A DNA stretch of 64,000 nucleotides from Candidatus Oxydemutatoraceae bacterium (GCA_965220085.1 CBDCOZ010000003.1:1024001-1088000), one strand, 5' to 3'; counted from the first letter of the stretch, positions 10,298-23,210 are shown. Numbers and translations: made by a program. Notes: generated by a model not told the origin, from the letters alone.

Positions 10298-13200
10298 ATG
10301 AAGGTCAAAAAGGTAAAACTGACTGGTTTTAAGTCTTTTGTAGATTCCACAACGATGGAAATCACATCGGGCATGACCGGCATCGTCGGCCCGAACGGCT
10401 GCGGAAAATCCAATATCATCGATGCGGTGCGCTGGCTGATGGGACAGTCCGCCCGCAATATTCGCGCAACCAACGTAGAAGATGTGATCTTCAACGGCAC
10501 CAGCGCGCGCAAGCCGGTCGGGCAGGCGTCGGTCGAACTGGTATTCGGCAATGAGGACGGCTCTTTTGGCGGGCGCTACGCATCCTTTGGCGAGATATCG
10601 GTCAAGCGCACCGCCGACCGGGCGCGGGATTCAAAGTACTTTATCAATAATGTCCGCTGTCGCCGGCGCGATGTCGCCGACCTGTTTCTGGGCACCGGTC
10701 TTGGCACGCACAGCTATGCGCTGGTCGAGCAGGGCATGATATCCAGAATCATCGAAGCGGACCCCAAAGAGATGCGGCGCTATGTCGAAGAAGCCGCCGG
10801 CATTTCAAAATATCACGAACGGCGGCGCGAGGCCGAGATACGCATACGCCACACGCGCGAAAACCTCGACCGCCTGCTTGATATCCGCGAAGAAGTGACA
10901 AAGCAGTTGGACAAACTCAAACGGCAGGCAAAGAGCGCGCAGAAGTTTAAGGAGTTGCGGCTTGAGAAAGACAAAATCTCGGCGACGATTGCGGCGCTGG
11001 AATTGCGCGCGCACAAGGAAAAATGCGACGACTGCGAACGTCAATTATCGGATTTGCGGGTTGAGGTCGAGCGCGAGCGGGCGCAGTTGCGCGGCAACGA
11101 AGCCGAGACGGAGGAGAAGCGTGTCGGCCAGACCGAATCAAACCGCAAGCTCAATGAAATACGCGAAGAATTTTACCGCCTCAATGCGAGCGTGGGAGGC
11201 GTGGAACAGGATATTGCGAATCGCCGCAAGAATGCGGAGCAGATCAAAGCGGAAGTGGCGGCGGTTGCCGAAGCGTTGCGCAAATGCGAAGAAAAAATAC
11301 GCGAACAGGAAAGCAAACATGCTCGGACAAAAACCAAACTCAGCGAGACCGAGGAGGAGGCGGCCGCTGCGAATAGCGAATTGGCGGAGATCGATAAGCG
11401 GTTAAAGGACGAGGAGGATGCCTTTGCCAAGGCGAGCCGCGAGTGGGAGCGCCAGCACAGCGACGCATCGGAGGCGAATGAGGCGCTTGAGGTCAGCGCG
11501 ATCAAAGCCGACTACTGCGACCGCGAATTGGAAGAGATAGCGCGCCAAGAGAAGGAGCTGAAGGAGAGCCGGGCGGGGTTGGATGCGGACGGTTTGAAGC
11601 GGCAAGTTGCGGACTTGTATGAATACCGCAACACGTGCCGCGCGGATATTGACAAGCGCGCGGAACAAATCAGCGACTTGCAAAATGCGGTGGCGGCCTG
11701 CCGCAAAGAGTTGAACGAGGCGGAGCAAGCGAGCGCGGATTCGCGGCAGAAACTGCACGAAGTGCGCGAGCAATTGGCGTCGCTCAAAGCCTTGCAAGAC
11801 GCCGACGGCGGCGAGGCTTTTTCCAAATGGCTGATGCGACACGATCTGGCCGAAGCGCCTCGTCTGGCGACCAAGTTGGAGTTGGATCAGAAATGGGCGA
11901 CGGCGGTTGAAACGGTGTTGGGCAATCTGCTGACTGCGGTGGAGGTCGATTCGCTGGAGCGTTATGCGAAGGACATCGGGCAATCGGATTTGGATATGCT
12001 CGTGATGTTTGAGAAGACAGAGGATGTAAAGGGCGAAGAGCGCTCTCTTGCGTCAAAGGTCAAAACCGACTGCGGCATTAACTCGTTGCTCGGGCAGATC
12101 GTGTTGGCGGACGATCTGGAACAGGCGCTCGCCATGCGCAAGGACTTTTCAAGCCGCCAGTCCGCCGTTACGCCGGACGGTTTCTGGGTCGGGCATAACT
12201 GGATTCGGGCGCATCGGCAGAGCGACAAGAAGAAGAGCATTCTGGCGCGCCAGCATATTATCGATGAGTTAAACGGGCAATACAAGGAACTCGGCGAGCA
12301 AGCCAAATCTTGCGAGGAAGAGGGGGGACGGGTCAAAGCGAAGTTAGCCGATAACGAAAACCGGCTTGAGCAAACGCAAAAGGAGCGGCTTGACTTGCTC
12401 GACCGGACATCGGCAGCGGAAGCGGATTGGCGGCGCGCGGAAGTGAAGCTGGATCACGCGCAGGATATGCTCGCTGAGCTCGATGACAAAGAGGTCCAAC
12501 TGAGCGAGTGGCGCAAGTCTATCGAAGCGCAACGCGCCGAACACGTGAAGTTGCGCGACGAGTTGATGGGTTCGGCGTCGGTTCAAAGCGCCAATCGCAG
12601 CACGATTAAAAATACCTATCTGGAATCCGAGAAAAAAGTTGCCGCGCTGAGAGAGAGTCTGCGTCTGGCCCAAGACACATTGCACAAAATTGAAATTGAA
12701 CGGCATTCGCTGACGACCTTGGCCGCGAGTCTGGGCGAGAGTTTGAACCACCTCCGCCATCAAAAAGAAGAGCTCAGCGCCCGCCGCCAATCGCTTGTCA
12801 ATACGGAGAAGGATTTCCATGATCCGATCGAATCCAAGCGCGGCGAATTGAAGCGGCTGATTGAACAGCGCCAGGAATGCGAGGAAAAAGTGCGGGAAAA
12901 GACCGCCGAACTGGACATGCTTCAGCGCGAGACAGACACGCTGGAAAGGCAGCGGCGCGACATAGAGACCTTGCACGGCGAGTTGTTGGAGAAGCGCGGC
13001 AAGATTCAAGTGGACTTGCGCGAAGGTCGCATGCGCAGCGAGGATGCCGAGGAGCGCATCAAAGCGCTGGACATGTCGGCTGATGAGATAGAAAAAGAAC
13101 TGACCGACGAAGACAGCCTCGACAGTCTGCAAGAGAAACTGACAAAAACAGAGCGGCGCATCGATCGCCTGGGCCCGATTAATCTGGTTGCCGATCAGGA

Positions 13201-13783
13201 ATTTTCCGACTTGGATGAGAGGAAGGAATACATTGACTCCCAGCACGCGGATCTGACCTCCGCTCTGGAGACCCTGGAAAAGGCGATGACCAAATTGGAT
13301 CGGGAAAGCAGAGAGCGGTTCAAAAACACATTCAATGATATCAACGCTCGCTTGGAAGAGCGGTTCGCCAAACTGTTCGGCGGCGGCAGCGCCCACCTTG
13401 AGTTGTTGGAAAACGATTGGCTGAAAAGCGGGGTCGCGGTGATGGTACGCCCGCCGGGCAAACGCCTGTCGTCCATCAAGTTATTGTCCGGCGGCGAAAA
13501 AGCGCTCGCTGCGATGGCGGTGGTCTTTACGATATTTGACCTCAACCCGGCTCCGTTTTGCATGCTGGATGAGGTCGATGCGCCGCTGGACGAAACCAAT
13601 GTCACGCGTTTTTGCGAAGTGGTGCGGGAGATGAGCCAGCGTGTGCAGTTTATTGTCATCACGCACAATCGCCTGACGATGGAGAGCATGTCGTGCTTGA
13701 TCGGCGTGACGATGGGAGAGCCCGGGGTCTCGCGCTTGGTATCGGTCAATGTGGACGAAGCGGCGGCGATGGTCGGCGAATGA
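10298..13783 (+). CDS. smc: Chromosome segregation protein SMC
   Basis: GFKSF, GPNGCGKSN, long coiled coils and hinge, LLSGGEK, LDEVDAPLD. Confidence 0.97.
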   Translation: MKVKKVKLTGFKSFVDSTTMEITSGMTGIVGPNGCGKSNIIDAVRWLMGQSARNIRATNVEDVIFNGTSARKPVGQASVELVFGNEDGSFGGRYASFGEISVKRTADRARDSKYFINNVRCRRRDVADLFLGTGLGTHSYALVEQGMISRIIEADPKEMRRYVEEAAGISKYHERRREAEIRIRHTRENLDRLLDIREEVTKQLDKLKRQAKSAQKFKELRLEKDKISATIAALELRAHKEKCDDCERQLSDLRVEVERERAQLRGNEAETEEKRVGQTESNRKLNEIREEFYRLNASVGGVEQDIANRRKNAEQIKAEVAAVAEALRKCEEKIREQESKHARTKTKLSETEEEAAAANSELAEIDKRLKDEEDAFAKASREWERQHSDASEANEALEVSAIKADYCDRELEEIARQEKELKESRAGLDADGLKRQVADLYEYRNTCRADIDKRAEQISDLQNAVAACRKELNEAEQASADSRQKLHEVREQLASLKALQDADGGEAFSKWLMRHDLAEAPRLATKLELDQKWATAVETVLGNLLTAVEVDSLERYAKDIGQSDLDMLVMFEKTEDVKGEERSLASKVKTDCGINSLLGQIVLADDLEQALAMRKDFSSRQSAVTPDGFWVGHNWIRAHRQSDKKKSILARQHIIDELNGQYKELGEQAKSCEEEGGRVKAKLADNENRLEQTQKERLDLLDRTSAAEADWRRAEVKLDHAQDMLAELDDKEVQLSEWRKSIEAQRAEHVKLRDELMGSASVQSANRSTIKNTYLESEKKVAALRESLRLAQDTLHKIEIERHSLTTLAASLGESLNHLRHQKEELSARRQSLVNTEKDFHDPIESKRGELKRLIEQRQECEEKVREKTAELDMLQRETDTLERQRRDIETLHGELLEKRGKIQVDLREGRMRSEDAEERIKALDMSADEIEKELTDEDSLDSLQEKLTKTERRIDRLGPINLVADQEFSDLDERKEYIDSQHADLTSALETLEKAMTKLDRESRERFKNTFNDINARLEERFAKLFGGGSAHLELLENDWLKSGVAVMVRPPGKRLSSIKLLSGGEKALAAMAVVFTIFDLNPAPFCMLDEVDAPLDETNVTRFCEVVREMSQRVQFIVITHNRLTMESMSCLIGVTMGEPGVSRLVSVNVDEAAAMVGE

Positions 13784-14439
13784 TGAACGCTTTGCCTTGG
13801 ATATTGCTGTTCATCGGCGTGGCGATCGTGATTGCGGTCTATCTGCACGCGCGATACCAGAGCGCGCGCAAAGACGATGCAACGCCCGCCGCAAAGCGCG
13901 CCGCAAAGCGCGCCGATCGCGAGATTTCGGAGGTGGAAACACTGGCGGTCGATGTGCCGTCGCAACCGCATTCGCTTCCGGCTCTGATATCCGATGACGA
14001 CGATGAAAAGACCGCCCGAGAAGAGGTCTTCATAATCTTGCATATTCGCGCGCGCGCCAACGAAGAATGGAGCGGCGATAAGATCATCCAATGCGCGGTT
14101 CGCGCCGGCTTGGAGTGCGGCGATAAGAATGTGTTTGAATGCTACGGCGACAAGGACGAAGCGCGCGGTCGCAAGCCTGTTTTTTACATCGCCAATTTCG
14201 TAAACCCCGGAACCTTTGATTGGGAAAACATGTCGCAGTTCAAGACCAAGGGCATGAGTTTGTTCATGCGTTTGCCGGGTCCGTGCGCGGCTGCCGACGG
14301 CTTTGAGAAGATGCTTGCTTGTTGCGGCTACATGGCCGACAAACTGGGCGCCGACATACTCAACAGCGAACGGGCGCCGCTGACCGACGAGCGCTTGCAA
14401 GAGATGCGCAAAATTTGCAAAGACTTTGATACGGAATAA
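13780..14439 (+). CDS. zipA: Cell division protein ZipA
   Basis: N-terminal TM helix, C-terminal ANFVNPGTF...SLFMRLP FtsZ-binding-type domain; smc-zipA-ligA synteny. Confidence 0.85.
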   Translation: MMNALPWILLFIGVAIVIAVYLHARYQSARKDDATPAAKRAAKRADREISEVETLAVDVPSQPHSLPALISDDDDEKTAREEVFIILHIRARANEEWSGDKIIQCAVRAGLECGDKNVFECYGDKDEARGRKPVFYIANFVNPGTFDWENMSQFKTKGMSLFMRLPGPCAAADGFEKMLACCGYMADKLGADILNSERAPLTDERLQEMRKICKDFDTE

Positions 14440-16873
<2,434 letters not shown>

Positions 16874-16884
16874 GGCGATAGCGG

Positions 16885-17751
16885 CTAGGATGCGCCGCCT
16901 ATCCGTCTTTGCATTTTCGCCGCCAGTATGGTGTTTCTTATCAGGCAAGCGACAGTCATCGGCCCGGTTCCGCCCGGCATCGGCGTGATCGCTCCGGCGA
17001 CTTTCGCGACCTCATCAAACAGCACATCGCCGTATATCTTGTCCCCCTTGCGCGTGATACCGACGTCAAAAACAGCGGCTCCGGGTTTGACATATTCGGC
17101 TGTCACAAGTTCGGGCATACCGCAGGCGGCGACGAGAATATCGGCGCGCCGGCAGACGTGAGGCAGTTGCTTCGTAGCCGAATGGCAGATCGTGACAGTG
17201 CAATCCGTTCCCTTGCGCCCCAGCAGCAGCGCCAGCGGAAGGCCGACCAAGTGCGAGCGCCCGATGACCGTCGCATTGCGCCCCTCGGTCGGTATGTCAT
17301 AGCGCTTGATCAGCTCCATCACCCCAAGCGGCGTGCAGGGCGACAAGCCGCCGCTATTGTTCAGCAAGCGTCCGAGGTTGTCGGCGCCAAGCCCGTCGAC
17401 ATCTTTGAGCGGCGGGATCAGATCAAGTATCGGCGCGACCTCAAGGTGTTTCGGCAACGGCAGTTGCAGCAAGATACCGTGCACGGTGTCATCGCGCGCC
17501 AGTTGCCGGATGGCATTTTCAACCGCATCTTGCGGCGCATCGTCGGGCAGTTCTATCAGGCGCGGTATCAGCCCTGTCTGCGCCGCCATTTTCAGTTTCA
17601 GGCCGATATAGACCCGGCTGGGAGGATAGTCGCCGACCAGAACAGTCGCCAGCGTTATCTCGCTATTGCCGCTGCGAGCGATATCGCTTGCTAATTCCGC
17701 GATGATCTTCTCTGCCGTACGTTTGCCGTCGAGCAGAATCGCCTCTTGCAT
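16885..17751 (-). CDS. folD: Bifunctional methylene-THF dehydrogenase/methenyl-THF cyclohydrolase
   Basis: HGILLQLPLP, KDVDG, PCTP, GRSHLVG, TPMPGGTGPMTV. Confidence 0.96.
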   Translation of the reverse strand: MQEAILLDGKRTAEKIIAELASDIARSGNSEITLATVLVGDYPPSRVYIGLKLKMAAQTGLIPRLIELPDDAPQDAVENAIRQLARDDTVHGILLQLPLPKHLEVAPILDLIPPLKDVDGLGADNLGRLLNNSGGLSPCTPLGVMELIKRYDIPTEGRNATVIGRSHLVGLPLALLLGRKGTDCTVTICHSATKQLPHVCRRADILVAACGMPELVTAEYVKPGAAVFDVGITRKGDKIYGDVLFDEVAKVAGAITPMPGGTGPMTVACLIRNTILAAKMQRRIGGAS

Positions 17752-17757
17752 CGTCCG

Positions 17758-18687
17758 CTATTCGCTTGCCGGTTGCTTGTCGGGATGCAGGTAGATAAAG
17801 CTCTTGCCGAGCCGCCCGCCGTAATTGCCGGCTGATATCATCAGCAGGTCGGGCGTGTCTTTTGCCGCATGGATAGCCGCCTGCGTGGCTTCAATGATGC
17901 AATCTATGCCATGCCCGTTCATGATGATTTCCATCACCGAGCCGACCCCCTCGGGCAACCCTTTTTCAACGCTCGGATCATCCTGCAACATCGGGCAGAA
18001 CTTTTCATAGGTGCTGGCAATGGAGAATTCATATTTGCTGCCGGCCTTTGAGCCGCTGCTGGCGATTCCGCCGGGAAAGGCGCAGATGACGCCGGCGACC
18101 GGCGCGATCGCGTCGACGCCTTTTTCCGCGGCGGCCAACGCGGATGTGGCATCCTTGCCAAAGAACCACAGGTTGCCCCCCATCAGCCCTTCGCGATAAC
18201 CGAGGCGCCGCTCCATCACGAACTCGCCGCCCAAAGTCGGTATCTGCCACATTTTGCGCCCATACCGCTCTATGCGCTTCTGATAACCGTTGCCGAAATA
18301 GGCGACCTTGCGCCCCATCTGATAATACGTATCCGAATCTGCCGCATTGAAGCACGAGGCGGTAGGGCAGGTCAGAATGTTCTGACTGATGCGCACCAGA
18401 GCCACCCGTTCCAGTTTGGGCACACGGTCTTTCCAGAATCTCGGCACATGGAATTGAACCAGCGCGCCCGGGCGTCCGTCCGGAGTGGTCACGCTGGCAT
18501 CGCCGCCGGGGCCGACATAGCGATCCAAGCCCGCTTCGCAGTCGCACAGAATCGTGCTGGACGCATTGCCGGCGCACGCATGAATCGCATGGTCAAGCCA
18601 CTTCCTGTTGTCGGCGGTAATCAGAACCTCGGTGTAGAGGCTCTTAAAAGCTTCGGCATAAGTATCGTCTATGATCGCCGCCATCAA
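17758..18687 (-). CDS. ftr: Formylmethanofuran-tetrahydromethanopterin N-formyltransferase family protein (Ftr/FhcD-like)
   Basis: DTYAEAF, CDCEAG, TPDGRPG, QNILTCPT, FGNGYQ, GGNL, FPGG..SGSK, EIIMNG, ISAGNYGGRLG match the recalled Ftr motif order. Confidence 0.9.
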   Translation of the reverse strand: MMAAIIDDTYAEAFKSLYTEVLITADNRKWLDHAIHACAGNASSTILCDCEAGLDRYVGPGGDASVTTPDGRPGALVQFHVPRFWKDRVPKLERVALVRISQNILTCPTASCFNAADSDTYYQMGRKVAYFGNGYQKRIERYGRKMWQIPTLGGEFVMERRLGYREGLMGGNLWFFGKDATSALAAAEKGVDAIAPVAGVICAFPGGIASSGSKAGSKYEFSIASTYEKFCPMLQDDPSVEKGLPEGVGSVMEIIMNGHGIDCIIEATQAAIHAAKDTPDLLMISAGNYGGRLGKSFIYLHPDKQPASE

Positions 18688-19316
18688 TCTCTCCCTTTGC
18701 CCTGATAGATTTCCTTTTCGGTGATCACTTTGTCCATGAAGACATCGTGCGGCCCGACCAGAATTTCCTCAAACAACTGGGCTTCGTAACAAATGGCAAT
18801 CAGCGGACAGTCGGGGCGGACTTTTTCCAACAAGCGGTCATAGTAGCCCTGACCGTTGCCCATCCGCCCGCCGGCGGGGTCAAAGCCGACGCCGGGGACC
18901 ATGACGATATCCAGCGCGGCCGGCTCGGCTTCCTTCTCCGGATTGCCCCACAGTTCGCGCGGCGGCTCCAGGATGCTCCACTTGCCGACGACCAACTCGT
19001 CAAAGTCTTCAAGCCGCCACAAACCCAGTTTGTTATCGCCGTTCTCGTCTTCGGTACAGTAAGGCACGATGATGGTTTTCTCGCCTTTCTCCACTTCCTG
19101 TCGCAGGTGTTTTTTCGTGCGGGTCTCGGAACGGCAATCTATGTACCACATCGCCACCTTGGCTTTTTGGTATTCGGGCAAGGCGATAAATTTTTCGCAA
19201 ATTCCCTCGCTGATGTTGTCTTTGTCTTCTTGCGCGGCGCGCGCATCATACGCTTTTCTGCGCATCGCATTTTTCTTTTCCATCAATTTTTCAAGTTCTT
19301 CGGGTGACAATGGCAT
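18684..19316 (-). CDS. 5-formyltetrahydrofolate cyclo-ligase
   Basis: N-terminal K..MR helix, ILEP, DIVMVPGVGFD, RMGNGQGYYDRLL, HDVFMDKVITE. Confidence 0.95.
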   Translation of the reverse strand: MPLSPEELEKLMEKKNAMRRKAYDARAAQEDKDNISEGICEKFIALPEYQKAKVAMWYIDCRSETRTKKHLRQEVEKGEKTIIVPYCTEDENGDNKLGLWRLEDFDELVVGKWSILEPPRELWGNPEKEAEPAALDIVMVPGVGFDPAGGRMGNGQGYYDRLLEKVRPDCPLIAICYEAQLFEEILVGPHDVFMDKVITEKEIYQGKGRD

Positions 19317-19374
19317 GGTTGCATACTCCTTATAAAAGTTATCTAAGTAATGGGGTGAAAAGTTTGGTCTGCGG

Positions 19375-19383
19375 ATTATAGCA
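19375..19383 (-). promoter_or_regulatory. Extended -10 promoter (TGcTATAAT) for the 5-FCL-ftr-folD operon
   Basis: Perfect TGnTATAAT about 60 bp upstream of the ATG, in an AT-rich gap, with an AAGGAG ribosome-binding site at 19327-19332. Confidence 0.6.
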
Positions 19384-19489
19384 AATTTTCCGATTGCAAG
19401 TCGCGCTCATTTTTTCGCTCGCCGATGGCCGCATATCCGTTGCGCATAAGGCGAGCGACCGCCGAGCGAACAGCGGCAAAATCGCCTCG

Positions 19490-21163
19490 TCAATCGGTGA
19501 TGGCCCCCTCGGACGCCGAGCGCACCAGCCGCGCGTACTTAGCCAGCGCCCCGTTGCGATAACGCAACGGCGGCGGCTTCCACGCCTTGAGTCGGCGTTT
19601 TATCTCGGCCTGCGGCAGTTTCAAGTCTATCGTGCGCCGCAGCGCATCGATTGTAATCTGGTCGCCGTTGCGCACGATGGCAAGCGGTCCGCCGAGCGCC
19701 GCTTCGGGCGTGATATGCCCGACGACAAAGCCGTGGCTGCCGCCGGAAAAACGACCGTCTGTAATCAGCGCGACCTCGGCGCCGAGCCCAAGCCCCATGA
19801 CAGCCGACGTCGGCGCGAGCATCTCGCGCATGCCGGGCCCGCCTTTGGGGCCTTCGTAGCGAATGACGATCACATGCCCGGGTTTGATCTTGTTGCCCAA
19901 GATATCTTTGAGCGCGGCCTCCTCGGACGCAAACACGCGAGCGCTGCCCGCAAAGCGCTGGCCTTCCTTGCCGGTAATCTTGGCCACCGCGCCTTCGGGC
20001 GCCAAGTTGCCGCGCAAGATGACGAAATGCCCGTCTTTTTTAATCGGCCTGTTGAACGGGCGGATGATTTTTTGTGTGCGCGGATAGGGCCGCGCCGAGC
20101 GCAGACTGTCGGCGAGCGTCTCGCCCGTGACGGTCAGGCAATCGCCGTGCAAAAGTTTTTTGTCGAGCAACCGCTTCATCAGCGGGCGGATGCCGCCGAT
20201 GCGCACCAACTCGGACATGACATAGCGCCCGCTCGGTTTGAGGTCGGCCAACACCGGCGTGCGCCGTCCGATGCGTGAGAACGCATCCAAGCTTAGTTTG
20301 ATGCCGCAAGCGCGCGCCATCGCGATCAGATGCAAGACGGCGTTGGTAGACCCCCCCAATGCGGTGACAACGGTGATGGCATTTTCAAACGCTTTGCGCG
20401 TCATGATATCGCGCGGGCGGATATTTTTTTCTATCATTCGCGCGACGATCTTGCCTGCCGCCGCGCAGTCATTGATTTTTTGCTTTGAGACGGCGTTTTG
20501 CGCCGAACTGCCGGGCGGACTCATGCCCATCGCCTCGATGGCGGAAGCCATCGTGTTCGCGGTGTACATCCCGCCGCACGAGCCCGGCCCCGGAATCGCG
20601 CGCGACTCTATCTCGTGCAACTCGCCGGCATCAATTTCCCCGCGCGCCCGCGCCCCGACCGCTTCAAATACGCTGACGATATCCACCTTTTTCCGCCCGA
20701 TCTGTCCGGGCATGATCGTGCCGCCATAGACAAAGACCGCCGGTCGGTTGAGGCGGGCGATGGCCATCATGCACGCAGGCATGTTCTTGTCACATCCGCC
20801 GATTGTGACCAGACCGTCAAAACCTTCGCAGGCGGTGACCGCTTCGATGGAGTCGGCGATAATTTCGCGCGACACCAGCGAATATTTCATGCCTTCGGTG
20901 CCCATGGAGATGCCGTCGGATACCGTAATCGTATTGAACGTGACCGCCTTGCAGCCGTTGCGATCGACACTGCGCGCGGTTTCCTCGGCGAGCCGGTTGA
21001 TGTGCATATTGCACGGCGTCACCTCGCTCCAGGTCGAAGCGATGCCGACCTGCGGTTTGCCAAAATCCTTGTCGGCGAACCCGACCGCCCGCAACATCGC
21101 GCGGCTCGGCGCACGTTCATACCCGTCGACGACGGGTGAGGAGAATATACGTTCTTTTTTCAT
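19490..21163 (-). CDS. ilvD: Dihydroxy-acid dehydratase
   Basis: PCNMH, SDGISMG, GCDKNMP, CGGMYTANTM, EGPKGGPGMREML, TDGRFSG; start moved to MKKERIFS. Confidence 0.97.
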   Translation of the reverse strand: MKKERIFSSPVVDGYERAPSRAMLRAVGFADKDFGKPQVGIASTWSEVTPCNMHINRLAEETARSVDRNGCKAVTFNTITVSDGISMGTEGMKYSLVSREIIADSIEAVTACEGFDGLVTIGGCDKNMPACMMAIARLNRPAVFVYGGTIMPGQIGRKKVDIVSVFEAVGARARGEIDAGELHEIESRAIPGPGSCGGMYTANTMASAIEAMGMSPPGSSAQNAVSKQKINDCAAAGKIVARMIEKNIRPRDIMTRKAFENAITVVTALGGSTNAVLHLIAMARACGIKLSLDAFSRIGRRTPVLADLKPSGRYVMSELVRIGGIRPLMKRLLDKKLLHGDCLTVTGETLADSLRSARPYPRTQKIIRPFNRPIKKDGHFVILRGNLAPEGAVAKITGKEGQRFAGSARVFASEEAALKDILGNKIKPGHVIVIRYEGPKGGPGMREMLAPTSAVMGLGLGAEVALITDGRFSGGSHGFVVGHITPEAALGGPLAIVRNGDQITIDALRRTIDLKLPQAEIKRRLKAWKPPPLRYRNGALAKYARLVRSASEGAITD

Positions 21164-21179
21164 GGGGATGTATTTTACA

Positions 21180-22340
21180 TTATCGGTCAAAAGCGAGTCT
21201 GACGCCGGCGAATATATGCCGTTTTTCGCGCGTGTGAAAATTCCTAAAACTAATCCTGCGGCACTCCGCCTCGCTGAAGCGGCTGGCCCCGCGCAAAGCA
21301 TAGTGCTTGTCGTCAAAAGCGGGGATGGAATATTCGGGATAAGGGAAAGGGCGGAAGTCGGGGTAGGGGTGGAAGGTGTTGTCGCACCACTCCCAAACAC
21401 AGTGCATTTTCTCAAGTTGCCCCGTATGCGCCGCTATTTCCCACTCGTATTCGTGCGGCAGGCGCGCGTTCGCATAGGCGGCAAACGCGCGCGCCTCGTA
21501 ATGGCTTATGCCGTGCACCGGCTCATCGGGCGCCAACGGGCGGCTGCCGTCGCAATGCGTTTGATGCCAACTCCCCCGCGCATCGCAAAACCACCCGTCG
21601 GGGGCGCTCACCTTGGCGGCGGCCAGCCAGCGGCGGCCGTTGCGGTCCCAATGCTCCGTGTTCCGATAGCCGCCGGCGCGGATGAAGGCGAGGTACTGCG
21701 CGTTGGTCACCGGCGTCCGGTTGATCGCAAACGCCTTCGGCGCCACCTCCTGTTGCGGCAACTCATTGTCAAAAGACCAATTATCGTTGCCGCCGACACG
21801 GGTCTGTTGGTGGTTGCCAAAGCAAACCGGCGCGTGTGTGATCGCAGCGGCCTGTGTCAGCCCCTTGCCGGCGCGGCCGCCGCCCTTGCGCGCAAACATC
21901 TGCGTCTTGATCATGCGCATCGTTTCAATGTGTTGCGCGTGATGCTGAATCAGGAACTTGAGCAAATAGTCCTGTCGCATCAACTCGTGCCGCAACAGTT
22001 TTGACGGCGCGGCTTTGAACAAAGCGATATTGTCTTGTTGCTTTTTGCGAATCTGTCGCAGCGCGTCATTCTTCGGCGGCAACTGTCCGCCGCGCTCGGA
22101 GTGCGGGCAATTTTCCGGAATGTACAGCCCCGACAGCGCCGTATCCGCCGGTTGCGCCTCCAGCACGCGCTCGCGCAACCACAGATTCTCTACGAACAAA
22201 GTGTGTCCGACATGCCAGCCGAGCGGACTCAAATGGTCGTGATAGCGATTGCGATACTCATCGTCGCTGACCCCCCGCAGCATGCCGATGAGCGTCGCAT
22301 GGATGGCGCCCAAGCGCGCGGTCAGCCGGTCGCGGTTCAT
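21180..22340 (-). CDS. egtB: EgtB-type sulfoxide synthase (DinB-like plus formylglycine-generating-enzyme-like domains)
   Basis: SPLGWHVGH, HHAQHIE metal motif, FDNELP, PVTNAQY, RLPHEYEWE, VWEW, FRNF; coupled to egtC. Confidence 0.8.
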   Translation of the reverse strand: MNRDRLTARLGAIHATLIGMLRGVSDDEYRNRYHDHLSPLGWHVGHTLFVENLWLRERVLEAQPADTALSGLYIPENCPHSERGGQLPPKNDALRQIRKKQQDNIALFKAAPSKLLRHELMRQDYLLKFLIQHHAQHIETMRMIKTQMFARKGGGRAGKGLTQAAAITHAPVCFGNHQQTRVGGNDNWSFDNELPQQEVAPKAFAINRTPVTNAQYLAFIRAGGYRNTEHWDRNGRRWLAAAKVSAPDGWFCDARGSWHQTHCDGSRPLAPDEPVHGISHYEARAFAAYANARLPHEYEWEIAAHTGQLEKMHCVWEWCDNTFHPYPDFRPFPYPEYSIPAFDDKHYALRGASRFSEAECRRISFRNFHTREKRHIFAGVRLAFDR

Positions 22341-23101
22341 AGCTTTATGACCCGCGCGGGTCGGTTGCGCTCGGCAATGAGGATGCTGTCTTCCGGCACC
22401 GCCTCCCACGCGGCGGAATCCGTCATGCGCTCGGAGGCGACGGTATGCGCGCCGGCCTCGTAATGCGCATACATCGTCAGCGCCGGCCCGCCGACGGCGG
22501 CGCGCATCACAAACAGCCTGTCGGCCTCGCTGACAATAAAATTCAGAAACGCCTCGCGTGTGCCGCGGCTGCGCAGCCACCGCCACGCCTTTTGCAGGGC
22601 ATCGGCGACGGTGTCGCCGGGGGCCTCGCGCAGGCATTGCCGAATGAGCGCGACGAGGTATTCCGAGTCGGTCAAACCGCCGATGCCCGCCGCGATATCC
22701 GGCTCCAGTATCTTGAGTATCTCGTGGCGCAGGCTGCGGCGGAAATCCGTGACAAAGCCGTTGTGGACATAGAGCCTGCCGCGGTCGCAAAAAGGCTGGC
22801 TGTTCTGCAGGCTGTTGTCAAAGCCCTCGGTGGCGCTTCGCACCATCGCAACCCACAGGTCGCGCTCCAGAGCGCTTGCCAGCCCCGCGAGGTTGCTATC
22901 GCTCCAGATCGGCATGGGGTTGCGATATGTCGCCGGCGCGCCGTCGTCTTGGTACCAACCGAAACCGAAGCCGTCGGCATTGAGTTTGGCGTAGCGGAGC
23001 TCTTTGGGCGCCCACGACTGAAGGTAGAGGCTGTGCTCGGGGGCGATGAGAAAATCCTTGAGCGGCAAGGGGTTTCCCAGATATGCTGCGAGACGACACA
23101 T
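22337..23101 (-). CDS. egtC: Class II glutamine amidotransferase, EgtC-like
   Basis: N-terminal MCRLAAYLG nucleophile Cys, NADGFGFGWY, PIWSD, HNG, TDSE. Confidence 0.88.
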   Translation of the reverse strand: MCRLAAYLGNPLPLKDFLIAPEHSLYLQSWAPKELRYAKLNADGFGFGWYQDDGAPATYRNPMPIWSDSNLAGLASALERDLWVAMVRSATEGFDNSLQNSQPFCDRGRLYVHNGFVTDFRRSLRHEILKILEPDIAAGIGGLTDSEYLVALIRQCLREAPGDTVADALQKAWRWLRSRGTREAFLNFIVSEADRLFVMRAAVGGPALTMYAHYEAGAHTVASERMTDSAAWEAVPEDSILIAERNRPARVIKL

Positions 23102-23210
23102 GGTTTGGCAAATCTGCGGAGTATGGAGTATGGGGAGTATGAAAAGAGTTATACCCGACTCGGAAGTGTGAGAACCGACTCCCGCGCAAGGGAGCGCCGG
23201 TCAGCGGATG

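Noticed and set aside
19317-19489. 6S RNA upstream of the 5-FCL gene
   Set aside because: The gap is taken up by a short hairpin and a promoter; no long 6S-like rod is visible
21180-22340. Selenoneine (SenA) or ovothiol (OvoA) synthase
   Set aside because: No senB/senC neighbours and no C-terminal methyltransferase domain; egtC and egtD context favours ergothioneine
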